A DNA stretch of 64,000 nt from Balanoglossus misakiensis. Its lineage: Eukaryota; Animalia; Hemichordata. The stretch lies in the NCBI GenBank assembly GCA_040954595.2, contig CM082598.2, forward strand, positions 6,091,097 through 6,155,096, read 5' to 3'. This document shows positions 26,901 through 40,920 of this stretch, piece by piece (within the stretch, counting starts at the first letter, position 1; each line of letters begins with the position of its first letter). The notes beneath the pieces are model-generated. The model did not search any database. It saw nothing but the letters and a program-made list of their open reading frames with translations, and was not told the DNA's origin. The position numbers and the translations under genes are program-made.

Positions 26901-28114
26901 TCTTCCGCACTATATTGCAGCATAACTCCAATGATCTTATTTGCACCACAGCGGTGCAAATACGAGTTACCTGCACCGCAGCGGTGCGAAGAAGAGTTCC
27001 CTACCCCGCAACGATCTGACCGTTCTTTATTCACTCCTCGGGGACAAAAACGTTTTATTACGGCCTAAATAACGACTTTTCGTTCCTTGGTTGGTCATGC
27101 GGACGGAAAGAGGTTTTAGCAAGTTTATCTTTCTCTCTGCTGAGCACTCCGTATTCAGACTTGCCCAAGTGAACCGCGACAAAAAATGACCAAGTTTCCC
27201 TGCATGTTTCTTATACCCGACAGATAAAAAACGCAGCGTAGATATTGAAATGAATTGGATTTATGAAAATGATAAACATTAAAATGGCAATGTCGTTAAA
27301 AGTTCTCTAAAAAAATAGAAAAAAGTGGTCTCGAACCAACATCAGTTGACACGTTCAGGTAAAAGGCTAGCCTTCCTGAACCCTTCGCCATCACGATGTG
27401 TACTCGAAAAAGTCGGAATTTTTCCGCACTATATTGCAGCATAACTCCAATGATCTTATTTGCACCGCAGCGGTGCAAATACGAGTTACCTGCACCGCAG
27501 CGGTGCGAAGAAGAGTTCCCTACCCCGCAACGATCTGACCGTTCTTTATTCACTCCTCGGGGACAAAAACGTTTTATTACGGCCTAAATAACGACTTTTC
27601 GCTCCATGGTTAGTCACGCGGACGGACAGACACGGTTTTAGCGGGTTTATCTTTCTCTCTGCTGAGCACTCCGTATTCAGACTTGCCCAAGTGAACCGCG
27701 ACAAAAAATGACCAAGTTTCCCTGCATGTTTCATATACCCGACAGATAAAAAACGCAGCGTAGATATTGAAATGAATTGGATTTTATGAAAATGATAAAA
27801 ATTACAATGGCAATGTCGTTAAAAGTTCTCAAAAAAATAGAAAAAAAAGTGGTCTCGAACCAACATCAGTTGACACGTTCAGGTAAACGGCTAGCCTTCC
27901 TGAACCCTTCGCCATCACGATATGTACTCGAAAAAGTCGGAATCTTCCGCACTATATTGCAGCATAACTCCAATGATCTTATTTGCACCGCAGCGGTGCA
28001 AATACGAGTTACCTGCACCGCAGCGGTGCGAAGAAGAGTTCCCTACCCCGCAACGATCTGACCGTTCTTTATTCACACCTCGGGGACAAAAACGTTTTAT
28101 TACGGCCTAAATAA

Positions 28115-29674
28115 TAATAATAATAATAATAATTTATTTGTATAGCGTCAGTATCCACAAAAAAATGTGATCAATGACGCTTAAAGCAAAAGTACAATAC
28201 AACAAATGGCTAAAAAACAGATTTAAAAAGTAAAGTTTTAACATTTGATTTAAAAACAGATAAGTCTGGTGCCTGGCGAATGGTGAGTGGAAGATTATTC
28301 CAAAGAATTGGAGCAGCAACAGTAAAAGCACGATCACCATAACTCTTTGTGCGTGATCGAACAGGGCAGAGTTTGAACTGATCAGCTGACCTTAAATTGC
28401 GACATGGAACATATTGATTAGTCATGCTAGAAAGATAGATTGGACCAAGTTTATGAATGGATTTAAAAATGAGAACTAACATCTTAAAAACAATACGCTC
28501 TGTAACAGGTAGCCAGTGCAACTGATACAAAATTGGAGTGATATGACAGGTGATTTTAGAACGAGTTACAATTCTAGCAGCAATATTCTGAACGCGTTGG
28601 ATACGGTTGATTGAATACTTCGGGAGCCCAAATAAAAGTGAATTACATGAATCAATTCGAGACGTAATGAATGCATGAACTAATTGCTCTGTAGCTGAAT
28701 GAGATAAACATTTGCGGATAAGCGCAATGCGACGTAAATGAAAAGTGGCAGAGCGGCAGATCTGTCCAATATGTGGCTTCATTGTCAGACAAGAGTCAAG
28801 GATCACTCCAAGGCTCTTAGCCTGACAATGGACGGGAATCAGAGAATCGCCAACACGAATTTCTGAAATCCCTCTAGCAGACAGATCACCCAAAATACCA
28901 GAGAAAATAACAAATTCAGTCTTATCATCGTTTAAGCACAAGAAGTTTTCAGACATCCAAAACCTAACATCAGAAATACAAAGTTCAAGATTTGAAACAG
29001 TTCTTGCTGCGTTGTCTTTACTAAAAGACATATAAAGTGAAGAGTCATCTGCATAAAAACAATAAAGACAACCATGACTTTGAACTAATTCACCTAATGG
29101 AGACGTGTACATATTGAAAAGTATGGGACCAAGAACTGATCCCTGTGGTACCCCAGTGTCGAGCGGATAAAAAGGTGATTGGGTGGAATTTACAAGTACA
29201 CACTGACTACGATTGGAAAGGTATGACTTAAACCACATGAGAACAGTATCTGAGAGACCGAAGCGGTCTCTTAAGCGATTGAGTAAAATGGTATGGTTCA
29301 CAGTGTCAAATGCTGCGGAAAAATCGAGTAATACCAAGAAAACATCTCTTTTTTCATCAAGAGCAAGCAAAATGTCATTTGTTACTTTGAGGAGAGCAGT
29401 CTCAGTACTGTGTCCTGGCTTGTAAGCAGATTGCAAAGGCTCGTCCAATGAATGGTTGACAATGTGAGAAGTCAGTCTCTTGGCAACAATACGTTCCAGG
29501 ATCTTCGACAAAAACGGCAGGTTGGATACAGGACGGAAATTTTTGAGAACTTCATGATCAAGAGATGGCTTTTTAAGTAGAGGTTTAACGATGGCTTCCT
29601 TGAAATGAGGAGGTACAGCACCATACTGCAGAGAGTTATTGAAGATTTCTGTGATATGTGGTAACAAAACTTAA
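28115..29674 (-). mobile_element. 5'-truncated non-LTR retrotransposon (L2/CR1 group, L2-type 3' end) inserted in the satellite
   Basis: 7-bp TSD TAAATAA at 28108-28114 and 29675-29681; (ATT)n tail on the minus strand preceded by AATAAA; 3'UTR stem AGCGTCA..TGACGCT; RT ORF without the endonuclease part. Confidence 0.95.
28210..29667 (-). CDS. Reverse transcriptase and C-terminal part of LINE ORF2 (485 codons, no natural start)
   Basis: Motifs [85 protein letters not shown]; no stops or frameshifts. Confidence 0.95.
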   Translation of the reverse strand: MLPHITEIFNNSLQYGAVPPHFKEAIVKPLLKKPSLDHEVLKNFRPVSNLPFLSKILERIVAKRLTSHIVNHSLDEPLQSAYKPGHSTETALLKVTNDILLALDEKRDVFLVLLDFSAAFDTVNHTILLNRLRDRFGLSDTVLMWFKSYLSNRSQCVLVNSTQSPFYPLDTGVPQGSVLGPILFNMYTSPLGELVQSHGCLYCFYADDSSLYMSFSKDNAARTVSNLELCISDVRFWMSENFLCLNDDKTEFVIFSGILGDLSARGISEIRVGDSLIPVHCQAKSLGVILDSCLTMKPHIGQICRSATFHLRRIALIRKCLSHSATEQLVHAFITSRIDSCNSLLFGLPKYSINRIQRVQNIAARIVTRSKITCHITPILYQLHWLPVTERIVFKMLVLIFKSIHKLGPIYLSSMTNQYVPCRNLRSADQFKLCPVRSRTKSYGDRAFTVAAPILWNNLPLTIRQAPDLSVFKSNVKTLLFKSVF

Positions 29675-32600
29675 TAAATAACGACTTTTTCGCTCCTTGG
29701 TTGGTCATGCGGACGGAAAGACACGGTTTTAGCGAGTTTATCTTTCTCTCTGCTGAGCACTCCGTATTCAAACTTGCCCAAGTGAACCGCGAAAAAAATG
29801 ACCAAGTTTCCCTGCATGTTTCTTATACGCGACAGATAAAAAACGCAGCGTAGATATTGAAATGAATTGGATTAATGAAAATGATAAAAATTACAATGGC
29901 AATGTCGTTAAAAGTTCTCTAAAAAAATAGAAAAAAAGTGGTCCCGAACCAACATCAGTTGACACGTTCAGGTAAAAGGCTAGCCTTCCTGAACCCTTCG
30001 CCATCACGATGTGTACTCGAAAAAGTCGGAATCTTCCGCACTATATTGCAGCATAACTCCAATGATCTTATTTGCACCGCAGCGGTGCAAATACGAGTTA
30101 CCTGCACCGCAGCGGTGCGAAGAAGAGTTCCCTACCCCGCAACGATCTGACCGTTCTTTATTCACTCCTCGGGGACAAAAACGTTTTATTACGGCCTAAA
30201 TAACGACTTTTTGGCTCCTTGGTTGGTCATGCGGACGGAAAGACACGGTTTTAGCGAGTTTATCTTTCTCTCTGCTGAGCACTCCGTATTCAGACTTGCC
30301 CAAGCGAACCGCGAAGAAAAATGACCAAGTTTCCCTGCATGTTTCTTATACCCGACATATAAAAAACGCAGCGTAGATATTGAAATGAATTGGATTCATG
30401 AAAATGATAAAAATTACAATGGCAATGTCGTTAAAAGTTCTCTAAAAAAATAGAAAAAAAGTGGTCTCGAACCAACATGAGTTGACACGTTCAGGTAAAA
30501 GGCTAGCCTTCCTGAACCCTTCGCCATCACGATGTGTACTCGAAAAAGTCGGAATCTTCCGCACTATATTGCAGCATAACTCCAATGATCTTATTTGCAC
30601 CGCAGCGGTGCCAATACGAGTTACCTGCACCGCAGCGGTGCGAAGAAGAGTTCCTTACCCCGCAACGATCTGACCGTTCTTTATTCACTCCTCGGGGACA
30701 AAAACGTTTTATTACGGCCTAAATAACGACTTTTTCGCTCCTTGGTTGGTCATGCGGACGGAAAGACACGGTTTTAGCGAGTTTATCTTTCTCTCTGCTG
30801 AGCACTCCGTATTCAGATTTGCCCAAGTGAACCGCGACAAAAAATGACCAAGTTTCCCTGCATGTTTCTTATACCCGACAAATAAAAAACGCAGCGTAGA
30901 TATTGAAATGAATTGGATTTATGAGAATGATAAAAATTACACTGGCAATGTCGTTAAAAGTTCTCGAAAAAAATCGAAAAAAAAGTGGTCTCGAACCAAC
31001 ATCAGTTGACACGTTCAGGTAAAAGGCTAGCTTTCCTGAACCCTTCGCCATCACAATGTGTACTCGTAAAATTCGGAATCTTCCTCACTATATTGCGGCA
31101 TAACTCCAATGATCTTATTTGCACCGCAGGGTTGAAAATACGAGTTACCTGCACCGCAGCGGTGCGAAGAAGAGTTCCCTACCCCGCAACGATCTGACCG
31201 TTCTTTATTCACTCCTCGGGGACAAAAACGTTTTATTACGGCCTAAATAACGACTTTTTGGCTCCTTGGTTGGTCATGCGGACGGAAAGACACGGTTTTA
31301 GCGAGTTTATCTTTCTCTCTGCTGAGCACTCCGTATTCAGACTTGCCCAAGTGAACCGCGAAAAAAATGACCAAGTTTCCCTGCATGTTTCTTATACCCG
31401 ACAGATAAAAAACGCAGCGTAGATATTGAAATGAATTGGATTTATGAAAATGATAAAAATTACAATGGCAATGTCGTTAAAAGTTCTCTAAAAAAATAGA
31501 AAAAAAGTGGTCTCGAACCAACATCAGTTGACACGTTCAGGTAAAAGGCTAGCCTTCCTGAACCCTTCGCCATCACGACGTGTACTCGAAAAAGTCGGAA
31601 TTTTTCCGCACTATATTGCAGCATAACTCCAATGATCTTATTTGCACCGCAGCGGTGCAAATACGAGTTACCCGCACCGCAGCGGTGCGAAGAAGAGTTC
31701 CCTACCCCGCAACGATCTGACCGTTCTTTATTCACTCCTTTGGGACAAAAACGTTTTATTACGGCCTAAATAACGACTTTTTCGCTCCTTGGTTGGTCAT
31801 GCGGACGGAAAGACACGGTTTTAGCGAGTTTATCTTTCTCTCTGCTGAGTACTCCGTATTCAGATTTGCCCAAGTGAACCGCGACAAAAAATGACCAAGT
31901 TTCCCTGCATGTTTCTTATACCCGACAAATAAAAAACGCTGCGTAGATATTGAAATGAATTGGATTTATGAAAAGGATAAAAAATTACACTGGCAATGTC
32001 GTTAAAAGTTCTCGAAAAAAATCGAAAAAAAAGTGGTCTCGAACCAACATCAGTTGACACGTTCAGGTAAAAGGCTAGCCTTCCTGAACCCTTCGCCATC
32101 ACGATGTGTACTCGAAAAAGTCGGAATTTTTCCGCACTATATTGCAGCATAACTCCAATGATCTTATTTGCACCGCAGCGGTGCAAATACGAGTTACCTG
32201 CACCGCAGCGGTGCGAAGAAGAGTTCCCTACCCCGCAACGATCTGACCGTTCTTTATTCACTCCTCGGGGACGAAAACGTTTTATTACGGCCTAAATAAC
32301 GACTTTTCGCTCCTTGGTTAGTCATGCGGACGGAAAGACACGGTTTTAGCGAGTTTATCTTTCTCTCTGCTGAGCACTCCGTATTCAGACTTGCCCAAGT
32401 GAACCGCGACAAAAAATGACCAAGTTTCCCTGCATGTTTCTTATACCCGACAAATAAAAAACGCTGCGTAGATATTGAAATGAATTGGATTTATGAAAAG
32501 GATAAAAATTACACTGGCAATGTCGTTAAAAGTTCTCGAAAAAAATCGAAAAAAAAGTGGTCTCGAACCAACATCAGTTGACACGTTCAGGTAAAAGGCT

Positions 32601-35600
32601 AGCCTTCCTGAACCCTTCGCCATCACGATGTGTACTCGAAAAAGTCGGAATTTTTCCGCACTATATTGCAGCATAACTCCAATGATCTTATTTGCACCGC
32701 AGCGGTGCAAATACGAGTTACCTGCACCGCAGCGGTGCGAAGAAGAGTTCCCTACCCCGCAACGATCTGACCATTCTTTATTCACTCCTCGGGGACGAAA
32801 ACGTTTTATTACGGCCTAAATAACGACTTTTCGCTCCTTGGTTAGTCATGCGGACGGAAAGACACGGTTTTAGCGAGTTTATCTTTCTCTCTGCTGAGCA
32901 CTCCGTATTCAGACTTGCCCAAGTGAACCGCGACAAAAAATGACCAAGTTTCCCTGCATGTTTCTTATACCCGACAAATAAAAAACGCTGCGTAGATATT
33001 GAAATGAATTGGATTTATGAAAAGGATAAAAATTACACTGGCAATGTCGTTAAAAGTTCTCGAAAAAAATCGAAAAAAAAGTGGTCTCGAACCAACATCA
33101 GTTGACACGTTCAGGTAAAAGGCTAGCCTTCCTGAACCCTTCGCCATCACGATGTGTACTCGAAAAAGTCGGAATTTTTCCGCACTATATTGCAGCATAA
33201 CTCCAATGATCTTATTTGCACCACAGCGGTGCAAATACGAGTTACCTGCACCGCAGCGGTGCGAAGAAGAGTTCCCTACCCCGCAACGATCTGACCATTC
33301 TTTATTCACTCCTCGGGGACGAAAACGTTTTATTACGGCCTAAATAACGACTTTTCGCTCCTTGGTTAGTCATGCGGACGGAAAGACACGGTTTTAGCGA
33401 GTTTATCTTTCTCTCTGCTGAGCACTCCGTATTCAGACTTGCCCAAGTGAACCGCGAAAAAAAATGACCAAGTTTCCCTGCATGTTTCTTATACCCGACA
33501 AATAAAAAACGCTGCGTAGATATTGAAATGAATTGGATTTATGAAAAGGATAAAAATTACACTGGCAATGTCGTTAAAAGTTCTCGAAAAAAATCGAAAA
33601 AAAAGTGGTCTCGAACCAACATCAGTTGACACGTTCAGGTAAAAGGCTAGCCTTCCTGAACCCTTCGCCATCACGATGTGTACTCGAAAAAGTCGGAATT
33701 TTTCCGCACTATATTGCAGCATAACTCCAATGATCTTATTTGCACCACAGCGGTGCAAATACGAGTTACCTGCACCGCAGCGGTGCGAAGAAGAGTTCCC
33801 TACCCCGCAACGATCTGACCGTTCTTTATTCACTCCTCGGGGACGAAAACGTTTTATTACGGCCTAAATAACGACTTTTCGCTCCTTGGTTAGTCATGCG
33901 GACGGAAAGACACGGTTTTAGCGAGTTTATCTTTCTCTCTGCTGAGCACTCCGTATTCAGACTTGCCCAAGTGAACCGCGACAAAAAATGACCAAGTTTC
34001 CCTGCATGTTTCTTATACCCGACAAATAAAAAACGCTGCGTAGATATTGAAATGAATTGGATTTATGAAAAGGATAAAAATTACACTGGCAATGTCGTTA
34101 AAAGTTCTCGAAAAAAATCGAAAAAAAAGTGGTCTCGAACCAACATCAGTTGACACGTTCAGGTAAAAGGCTAGCCTTCCTGAACCCTTCGCCATCACGA
34201 TGTGTACTCGAAAAAGTCGGAATTTTTCCGCACTATATTGCAGCATAACTCCAATGATCTTATTTGCACCGCAGCGGTGCAAATACGAGTTACCTGCACC
34301 GCAGCGGTGCGAAGAAGAGTTCCCTACCCCACAACGATCTGACCATTCTTTATTCACTCCTCGGGGACGAAAACGTTTTATTACGGCCTAAATAACGACT
34401 TTTCGCTCCTTGGTTAGTCATGCGGCGGAAAGACACGGTTTTAGCGAGTTTATCTTTCTCTCTGCTGAGCACTCCGTATTCAGACTTGCCCAAGTGAACC
34501 GCGACAAAAAATGACCAAGTTTCCCTGCATGTTTCTTATACCCGACAAATAAAAAACGCTGCGTAGATATTGAAATGAATTGGATTTATGAAAAGGATAA
34601 AAATTACACTGGCAATGTCGTTAAAAGTTCTCGAAAAAAATCGAAAAAACAGTGGTCTCGAACCAACATCAGTTGACACGTTCAGGTAAAAGGCTAGCCT
34701 TCCTGAACCCTTCGCCATCACGATGTGTACTCGAAAAAGTCGGAATTTTTCCGCACTATATTGCAGCATAACTCCAATGATCTTATTTGCACCACAGCGG
34801 TGCAAATACGAGTTACCTGCACCGCAGCGGTGCGAAGAAGAGTTCCCTACCCCGCAACGATCTGACCATTCTTTATTCACTCCTCGGGGACGAAAACGTT
34901 TTATTACGGCCTAAATAACGACTTTTCGCTCCTTGGTTAGTCATGCGGACGGAAAGACACGGTTTTAGCGAGTTTATCTTTCTCTCTGCTGAGCACTCCG
35001 TATTCAGACTTGCCCAAGTGAACCGCGACAAAAAATGACCAAGTTTCCCTGCATGTTTCTTATACCCGACAAATAAAAAACGCTGCGTAGATATTGAAAT
35101 GAATTGGATTTATGAAAATGATAAAAATTACACTGGCAATGTCGTTAAAAGTTCTCGAAAAAAAATTGAAAAAAAAGTGGTCTCGAACCAACATCAGTTG
35201 ACACGTTCAGGTAAAAGGCTAGCTTTCCTGAACCGTTCGCCATCACGATGTGTACTCGTAAAAGTCGGAATCTTCCTCACTATATTGCGGCATAACTCCA
35301 TTGATCTTATTTGCACCGCAGCGTTGCAAATACGAGTTACATGCACCGCAGCGGTGCGAAGAAGAGTTCCCTACCCCGCAACGATCTGACCGTTCTTTAT
35401 TCACTCCTCGGGGACAAAAACGTTTTATTACGGCCTAAATTACGACTTTTTCGCTCCTTGGTTGGTCATGCGGACGGAAAGACACGGTTTTAGCGAGTTT
35501 ATCTTTCTCTCTGCTGAGCACTCCGTATTCAGACTTGCCCAAGTGAACCGCGAAAAAAATGACCAAGTTTCCCTGCATGTTTCTTATACCCGACAGATAA

Positions 35601-38600
35601 AAAACGCAGCGTAGATATTGAAATGAATTGGATTTATGAAAATGATAAAAATTACAATGGCAATGTCGTTAAAAGTTCTCTAAAAAAATAGAAAAAAAGT
35701 GGTCTCGAACCAACATCAGTTGACACGTTCAGGTAAAAGGCTAGCCTTCCTGAACCCTTCGCCATCACGATGTGTACTCGAAAAAGTCGGAATCTTCCGC
35801 ACTATATTGCAGCATAACTCCAATGATCTTATTTGCACCGCAGCGGTGCAAATACGAGTTACCTGCACCGCAGCGGTGCGAAGAAGAGTTCCTTACCCCG
35901 CAACGATCTGACCGTTCTTTATTCACTCCTCGGGGACAAAAACGTTTTATTTTTAAAACGTTTTATTGCATGTTTCTTATACCCGACATATAAAAAACGC
36001 AGCGTAGATATTGAAATGAATTGGATTTATGAAAATGATAAAAATTACACTGGCAATGTCGTTAAAAGTTCTCGAAAAAAAATCGAAAAAAAAGTGGTCT
36101 CGAACCAACATCAGTTGACACGTTCAGGTAAAAGGCTAGCTTTCCTGAACCCTTCGCCATCACGATGTGTACTCGTAAAAGTCGGAATCTTCCTCACTAT
36201 ATTGCGGCATAACTCCAATGATCTTATTTGCACCGCAGCGTTGCAAATACGAGTTACCTGCACCGCAGCGGTGCGAAGAAGAGTTCCCTACCCCGCAACG
36301 ATCTGACCATTCTTTATTCACTCCTCGGGGACGAAAACGTTTTATTACGGCCTAAATAACGACTTTTCGCTCCTTGGTTAGTCATGCGGACGGAAAGACA
36401 CGGTTTTAGCGAGTTTATCTTTCTCTCTGCTGAGCACTCCGTATTCAGACTTGCCCAAGTGAACCGCGACAAAAAATGACCAAGTTTCCCTGCATGTTTC
36501 TTATACCCGACAAATAAAAAACGCTGCGTAGATATTGAAATGAATTGGATTTATGAAAAGGATAAAAATTACACTGGCAATGTCGTTAAAAGTTCTCGAA
36601 AAAAATCGAAAAAAAAGTGGTCTCGAACCAACATCAGTTGACACGTTCAGGTAAAAGGCTAGCCTTCCTGAACCCTTCGCCATCACGATGTGTACTCGAA
36701 AAAGTCGGAATTTTTCCGCACTATATTGCAGCATAACTCCAATGATCTTATTTGCACCACAGCGGTGCAAATACGAGTTACCTGCACCGCAGCGGTGCGA
36801 AGAAGAGTTCCCTACCCCGCAACGATCTGACCATTCTTTATTCACTCCTCGGGGACGAAAACGTTTTATTACGGCCTAAATAACGACTTTTCGCTCCTTG
36901 GTTAGTCATGCGGACGGAAAGACACGGTTTTAGCGAGTTTATCTTTCTCTCTGCTGAGCACTCCGTATTCAGACTTGCCCAAGTGAACCGCGACAAAAAA
37001 TGACCAAGTTTCCCTGCATGTTTCTTATACCCGACAAATAAAAAACGCTGCGTAGATATTGAAATGAATTGGATTTATGAAAATGATAAAAATTACACTG
37101 GCAATGTCGTTAAAAGTTCTCGAAAAAAAAATGAAAAAAAAGTGGTCTCGAACCAACATCAGTTGACACGTTCAGGTAAAAGGCTAGCTTTCCTGAACCC
37201 TTCGCCATCACGATGTGTACTCGTAAAAGTCGGAATCTTCCTCACTATATTGCGGCATAACTCCATTGATCTTATTTGCACCGCAGCGTTGCAAATACGA
37301 GTTACATGCACCGCAGCGGTGCGAAGAAGAGTTCCCTACCCCACAACGATCTGACCATTCTTTATTCACTCCTCGGGGACAAAAACGTTTTATTACGGCC
37401 TAAATTACGACTTTTTCGCTCCTTGGTTGGTCATGCGGACGGAAAGACACGGTTTTAGCGAGTTTATCTTTCTCTCTGCTGAGCACTCCGTATTCAGACT
37501 TGCCCAAGTGAACCGCGAAAAAAATGACCAAGTTTCCCTGCATGTTTCTTATACCCGACAGATAAAAAACGCAGCGTAGATATTGAAATGAATTGGATTT
37601 ATGAAAATGATAAAAATTACAATGGCAATGTCGTTAAAAGTTCTCTAAAAAAATAGAAAAAAAGTGGTCTCGAACCAACATCAGTTGACACGTTCAGGTA
37701 AAAGGCTAGCCTTCCTGAACCCTTCGCCATCACGATGTGTACTCGAAAAAGTCGGAATCTTCCGCACTATATTGCAGCATAACTCCAATGATCTTATTTG
37801 CACCGCAGTGGTGCAAATACGAGTTACCTGCACCGCAGCGGTGCGAAGAAGAGTTCCTTACCCCGCAACGATCTGACCGTTCTTTATTCACTCCTCGGGG
37901 ACAAAAACGTTTTATTTTTAAAACGTTTTATTGCATGTTTCTTATACCCGACATATAAAAAACGCAGCGTAGATATTGAAATGAATTGGATTTATGAAAA
38001 TGATAAAAATTACACTGGCAATGTCGTTAAAAGTTCTCGAAAAAAAATCGAAAAAAAAGTGGTCTCGAACCAACATCAGTTGACACGTTCAGGTAAAAGG
38101 CTAGCTTTCCTGAACCCTTCGCCATCACGATGTGTACTCGTAAAAGTCGGAATCTTCCTCACTATATTGCGGCATAACTCCAATGATCTTATTTGCACCG
38201 CAGCGTTGCAAATACGAGTTACCTGCACCGCAGCGGTGCGAAGAAGAGTTCCCTACCCCGCAACGATCTGACCGTTCTTTATTCACTCCTCGGGGACAAA
38301 AACGTTTTATTACGGCCTAAATAACGACTTTTTCGCTCCTTGGTTGGTCATGCGGACGGAAAGACACGGTTTTAGCGAGTTTATCTTTCTCTCTGCTGAG
38401 CACTCCGTATTCAGACTTGCCCAAGTGAACCGCGAAAAAAATGACCAAGTTTCCCTGCATGTTTCTTATACCCGACAGATAAAAAACGCAGCGTAGATAT
38501 TGAAATGAATTGGATTTATGAAAATGATAAAAATTACAATGGCAATGTCGTTAAAAGTTCTCTAAAAAAATAGAAAAAAAGTGGTCTCGAACCAACATCA

Positions 38601-39345
38601 GTTGACACGTTCAGGTAAAAGGCTAGCCTTCCTGAACCCTTCGCCATCACGATGTGTACTCGAAAAAGTCGGAATCTTCCGCACTATATTGCAGCATAAC
38701 TCCAATGATCTTATTTGCACCGCAGCGGTGCAAATACGAGTTACCTGCACCGCAGCGGTGCGAAGAAGAGTTCCCTACCCCGCAACGATCTGACCGTTCT
38801 TTATTCACTCCTCGGGGACAAAAACGTTTTATTACGGCCTAAATTACGACTTTTTCGCTCCTTGGTTGGTCATGCGGACGGAAAGACACGGTTTTAGCGA
38901 GTTTATCTTTTTCTCGCCTGAGCACTCCGTATTCAGTCTTGCCCAAGTGAACCGCGAAAAAAATGACCAAGTTTCCCTGCATGTTTCTTATACCCGACAG
39001 ATAAAAAACGCATCGTAGATATTGAAATGAATTGGATTTATGAAAATGATAAAAATTACAATGGCAATGTCGTTAAAAGTTCTCTAAAAAAATAGAAAAA
39101 AAGTGGTCTCGAACCAACATCAGTTGACACGTTCAGGTAAAAGGCTAGCCTTCCTGAACCCTTCGCCATCACGATGTGTACTCGAAAAAGTCGGATTTTT
39201 TCCGCACTATATTGCAGCATAACTCCAATGATCTTATTTGCACCGCAGCGGTGCAAATACGAGTTACCTGCACCGCAGCGGTGCGAAGAAGAGTTCCCTA
39301 CCCCGCAACGATCTGACCGTTCTTTATTCACTCCTCGGGGACAAA

Positions 39346-40920
39346 AATAAAATAGCGTCAAGGACACTGTGGTCCCATTTGAGGATTATGCGGAAACAAG
39401 GACACACCAGACTAAAAATTACAGGTGCCACTGCAAGAAGATATGATCTTACAATATAGAAATATGAAATGTAAAAGAATTAACAAGGAACATGCCCAAT
39501 AAACTGTCATGTGTCATGGCAGTCTTACAAGTGATGCTAGAAAAAAAAATTGACCAAAAATTGTCTGTACAAACACATATGAGAAGCAACTTCTTTCAGT
39601 CAGCCCTGGAACAGACACACAGACAGACACACACTGACCTGCCACTGGTAATTAAAAATTTAATAGCTGGTGGTCTCTGTAACAGCTGGCCTATTAAAGT
39701 TATGTAAACATGTTTTAGTTCGGGGTAACAACTCCTTGTAAATAGTAACTTTAAAAAACAACTGGACAATTGGTTTAGGAGAAGATTTGCTTATCAAAAA
39801 CAAAGAAACTTACAAAAAAACTCACTAAATATTGAATATTTCTGATATCAGAATTGAATAAAAGTTGCACATATACAGGTATGTGTTATGAAAGTACATC
39901 CTAAATTTCAAAGCAATCAGAGAAAAAACAAATTTCAAAGCAATCCAACTAGCAGTTTTACAGAAAATATTTGTTAAAAAGTGGCAAAATCACAAATTTG
40001 TAAATATCACCAAAATTGTACAATATCTTACATCAATCACTACAAGGAACTTGCCTGCCAAAGTTCAATGCAATATGACAAGCGGTTTCAGAGAAAACAA
40101 TTTTTGCAAATATCACATTTTTTACAACATATTACTTAGGTTACCCCTACGAACTTGCCTACCGCATTGTGGGTACCTTAAATATGTTTTCACTTAGCGC
40201 TAGGGGATCAAATCCCATTGCATTCTGGTCGAAAAGTGGACAACCCACTGTAGTAAGAGATAGAAGAAATGATATGTTTACTGTATTTCATGACTTCCTT
40301 GGGTCAAACATGTCTGTCTTTGTAGTTACCATATCAAACTAATTAAACTTTTTTTCACATTTTGTTATTTTTTTTCTATTGAAAAGTTTCAGAATGACCG
40401 ATCATCACTTAAGCTTATGAACTCATATTCCTTAAACATGACAAAAATCGGCCATCTTGAAATTGTGTCGACCATGTGATATTTTTATCACCCACCTAGG
40501 TAGCCAAAACCTATTTCAGGTCGGGAGAATTGCAAAGCAATCTGGCATGCGGTTTTCAAGAATTTGTTTTTAAAACCAAAAGTGGCAAATATTGCTCAAA
40601 ATTATAAATATGCAAATTGTTCAACAATTTGAACAAAACTATGGTTACTCAGCCAACCATTAGGAAGCTTCATACTAAATTTAAAAGAAGTAAGCCCATC
40701 ACTTTCAGAAATGAACACTTTTTACCAATAACATGGAAAAATACAAAAAACTGCATAAAAATAGGAAATCGATAATATTAGCTCAAAACATACAGGACTG
40801 TATGAGGTTGACATACGGTACATGCATACTGATTTTCAAATCAATATGACCAGTAGTTGTCGAGTTTTTGAGTTTTGACCAATTTCACATTTTCCCAGCT
40901 AATTTGCATATTTTTGGCAA
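39346..40920. repeat. Degenerate interspersed repeat with internal subrepeats, possibly an old Helentron-type element
   Basis: Short (GACA/CA)n tract at ~39610 and recurring blocks such as aaatttcaaagcaatc, agtggcaaaa and gcggttttca; no clear termini. Confidence 0.3.

Larger units (their letters stand above)
8985..39345. repeat. Tandem satellite, ~523-524-bp monomer, about 56 copies (37 left and 19 right of the LINE), high identity, with higher-order structure
   Basis: The motif gatgtgtactcg recurs at ~9079, 9602, 10126 ... 27920, then ~30009 ... 39174; two shortened ~395-bp monomers near 35950 and 37915. Confidence 0.99.

Noticed and set aside
8985-39345. CRISPR array or rDNA/5S/snRNA/tRNA cluster
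   Set aside because: No unique spacers, and no recognisable 5S, U-snRNA, rRNA or cloverleaf sequence; only isolated Pol III-like boxes, reported as a hypothesis.
39365-39371. CACTGTG (heptamer complement) just after the array as the missing transposon end
   Set aside because: Its orientation is the same as the 4288 end rather than inverted, there is no CCAAT duplication, and a single 7-mer is expected by chance.
8879-39459. Over a hundred 60-157 aa ORFs (MCTRK.., MNKE.., MKMIK..) repeated through the array
   Set aside because: They are by-products of the satellite: they occur on both strands, open and close with poly-A length changes, and show no domain.
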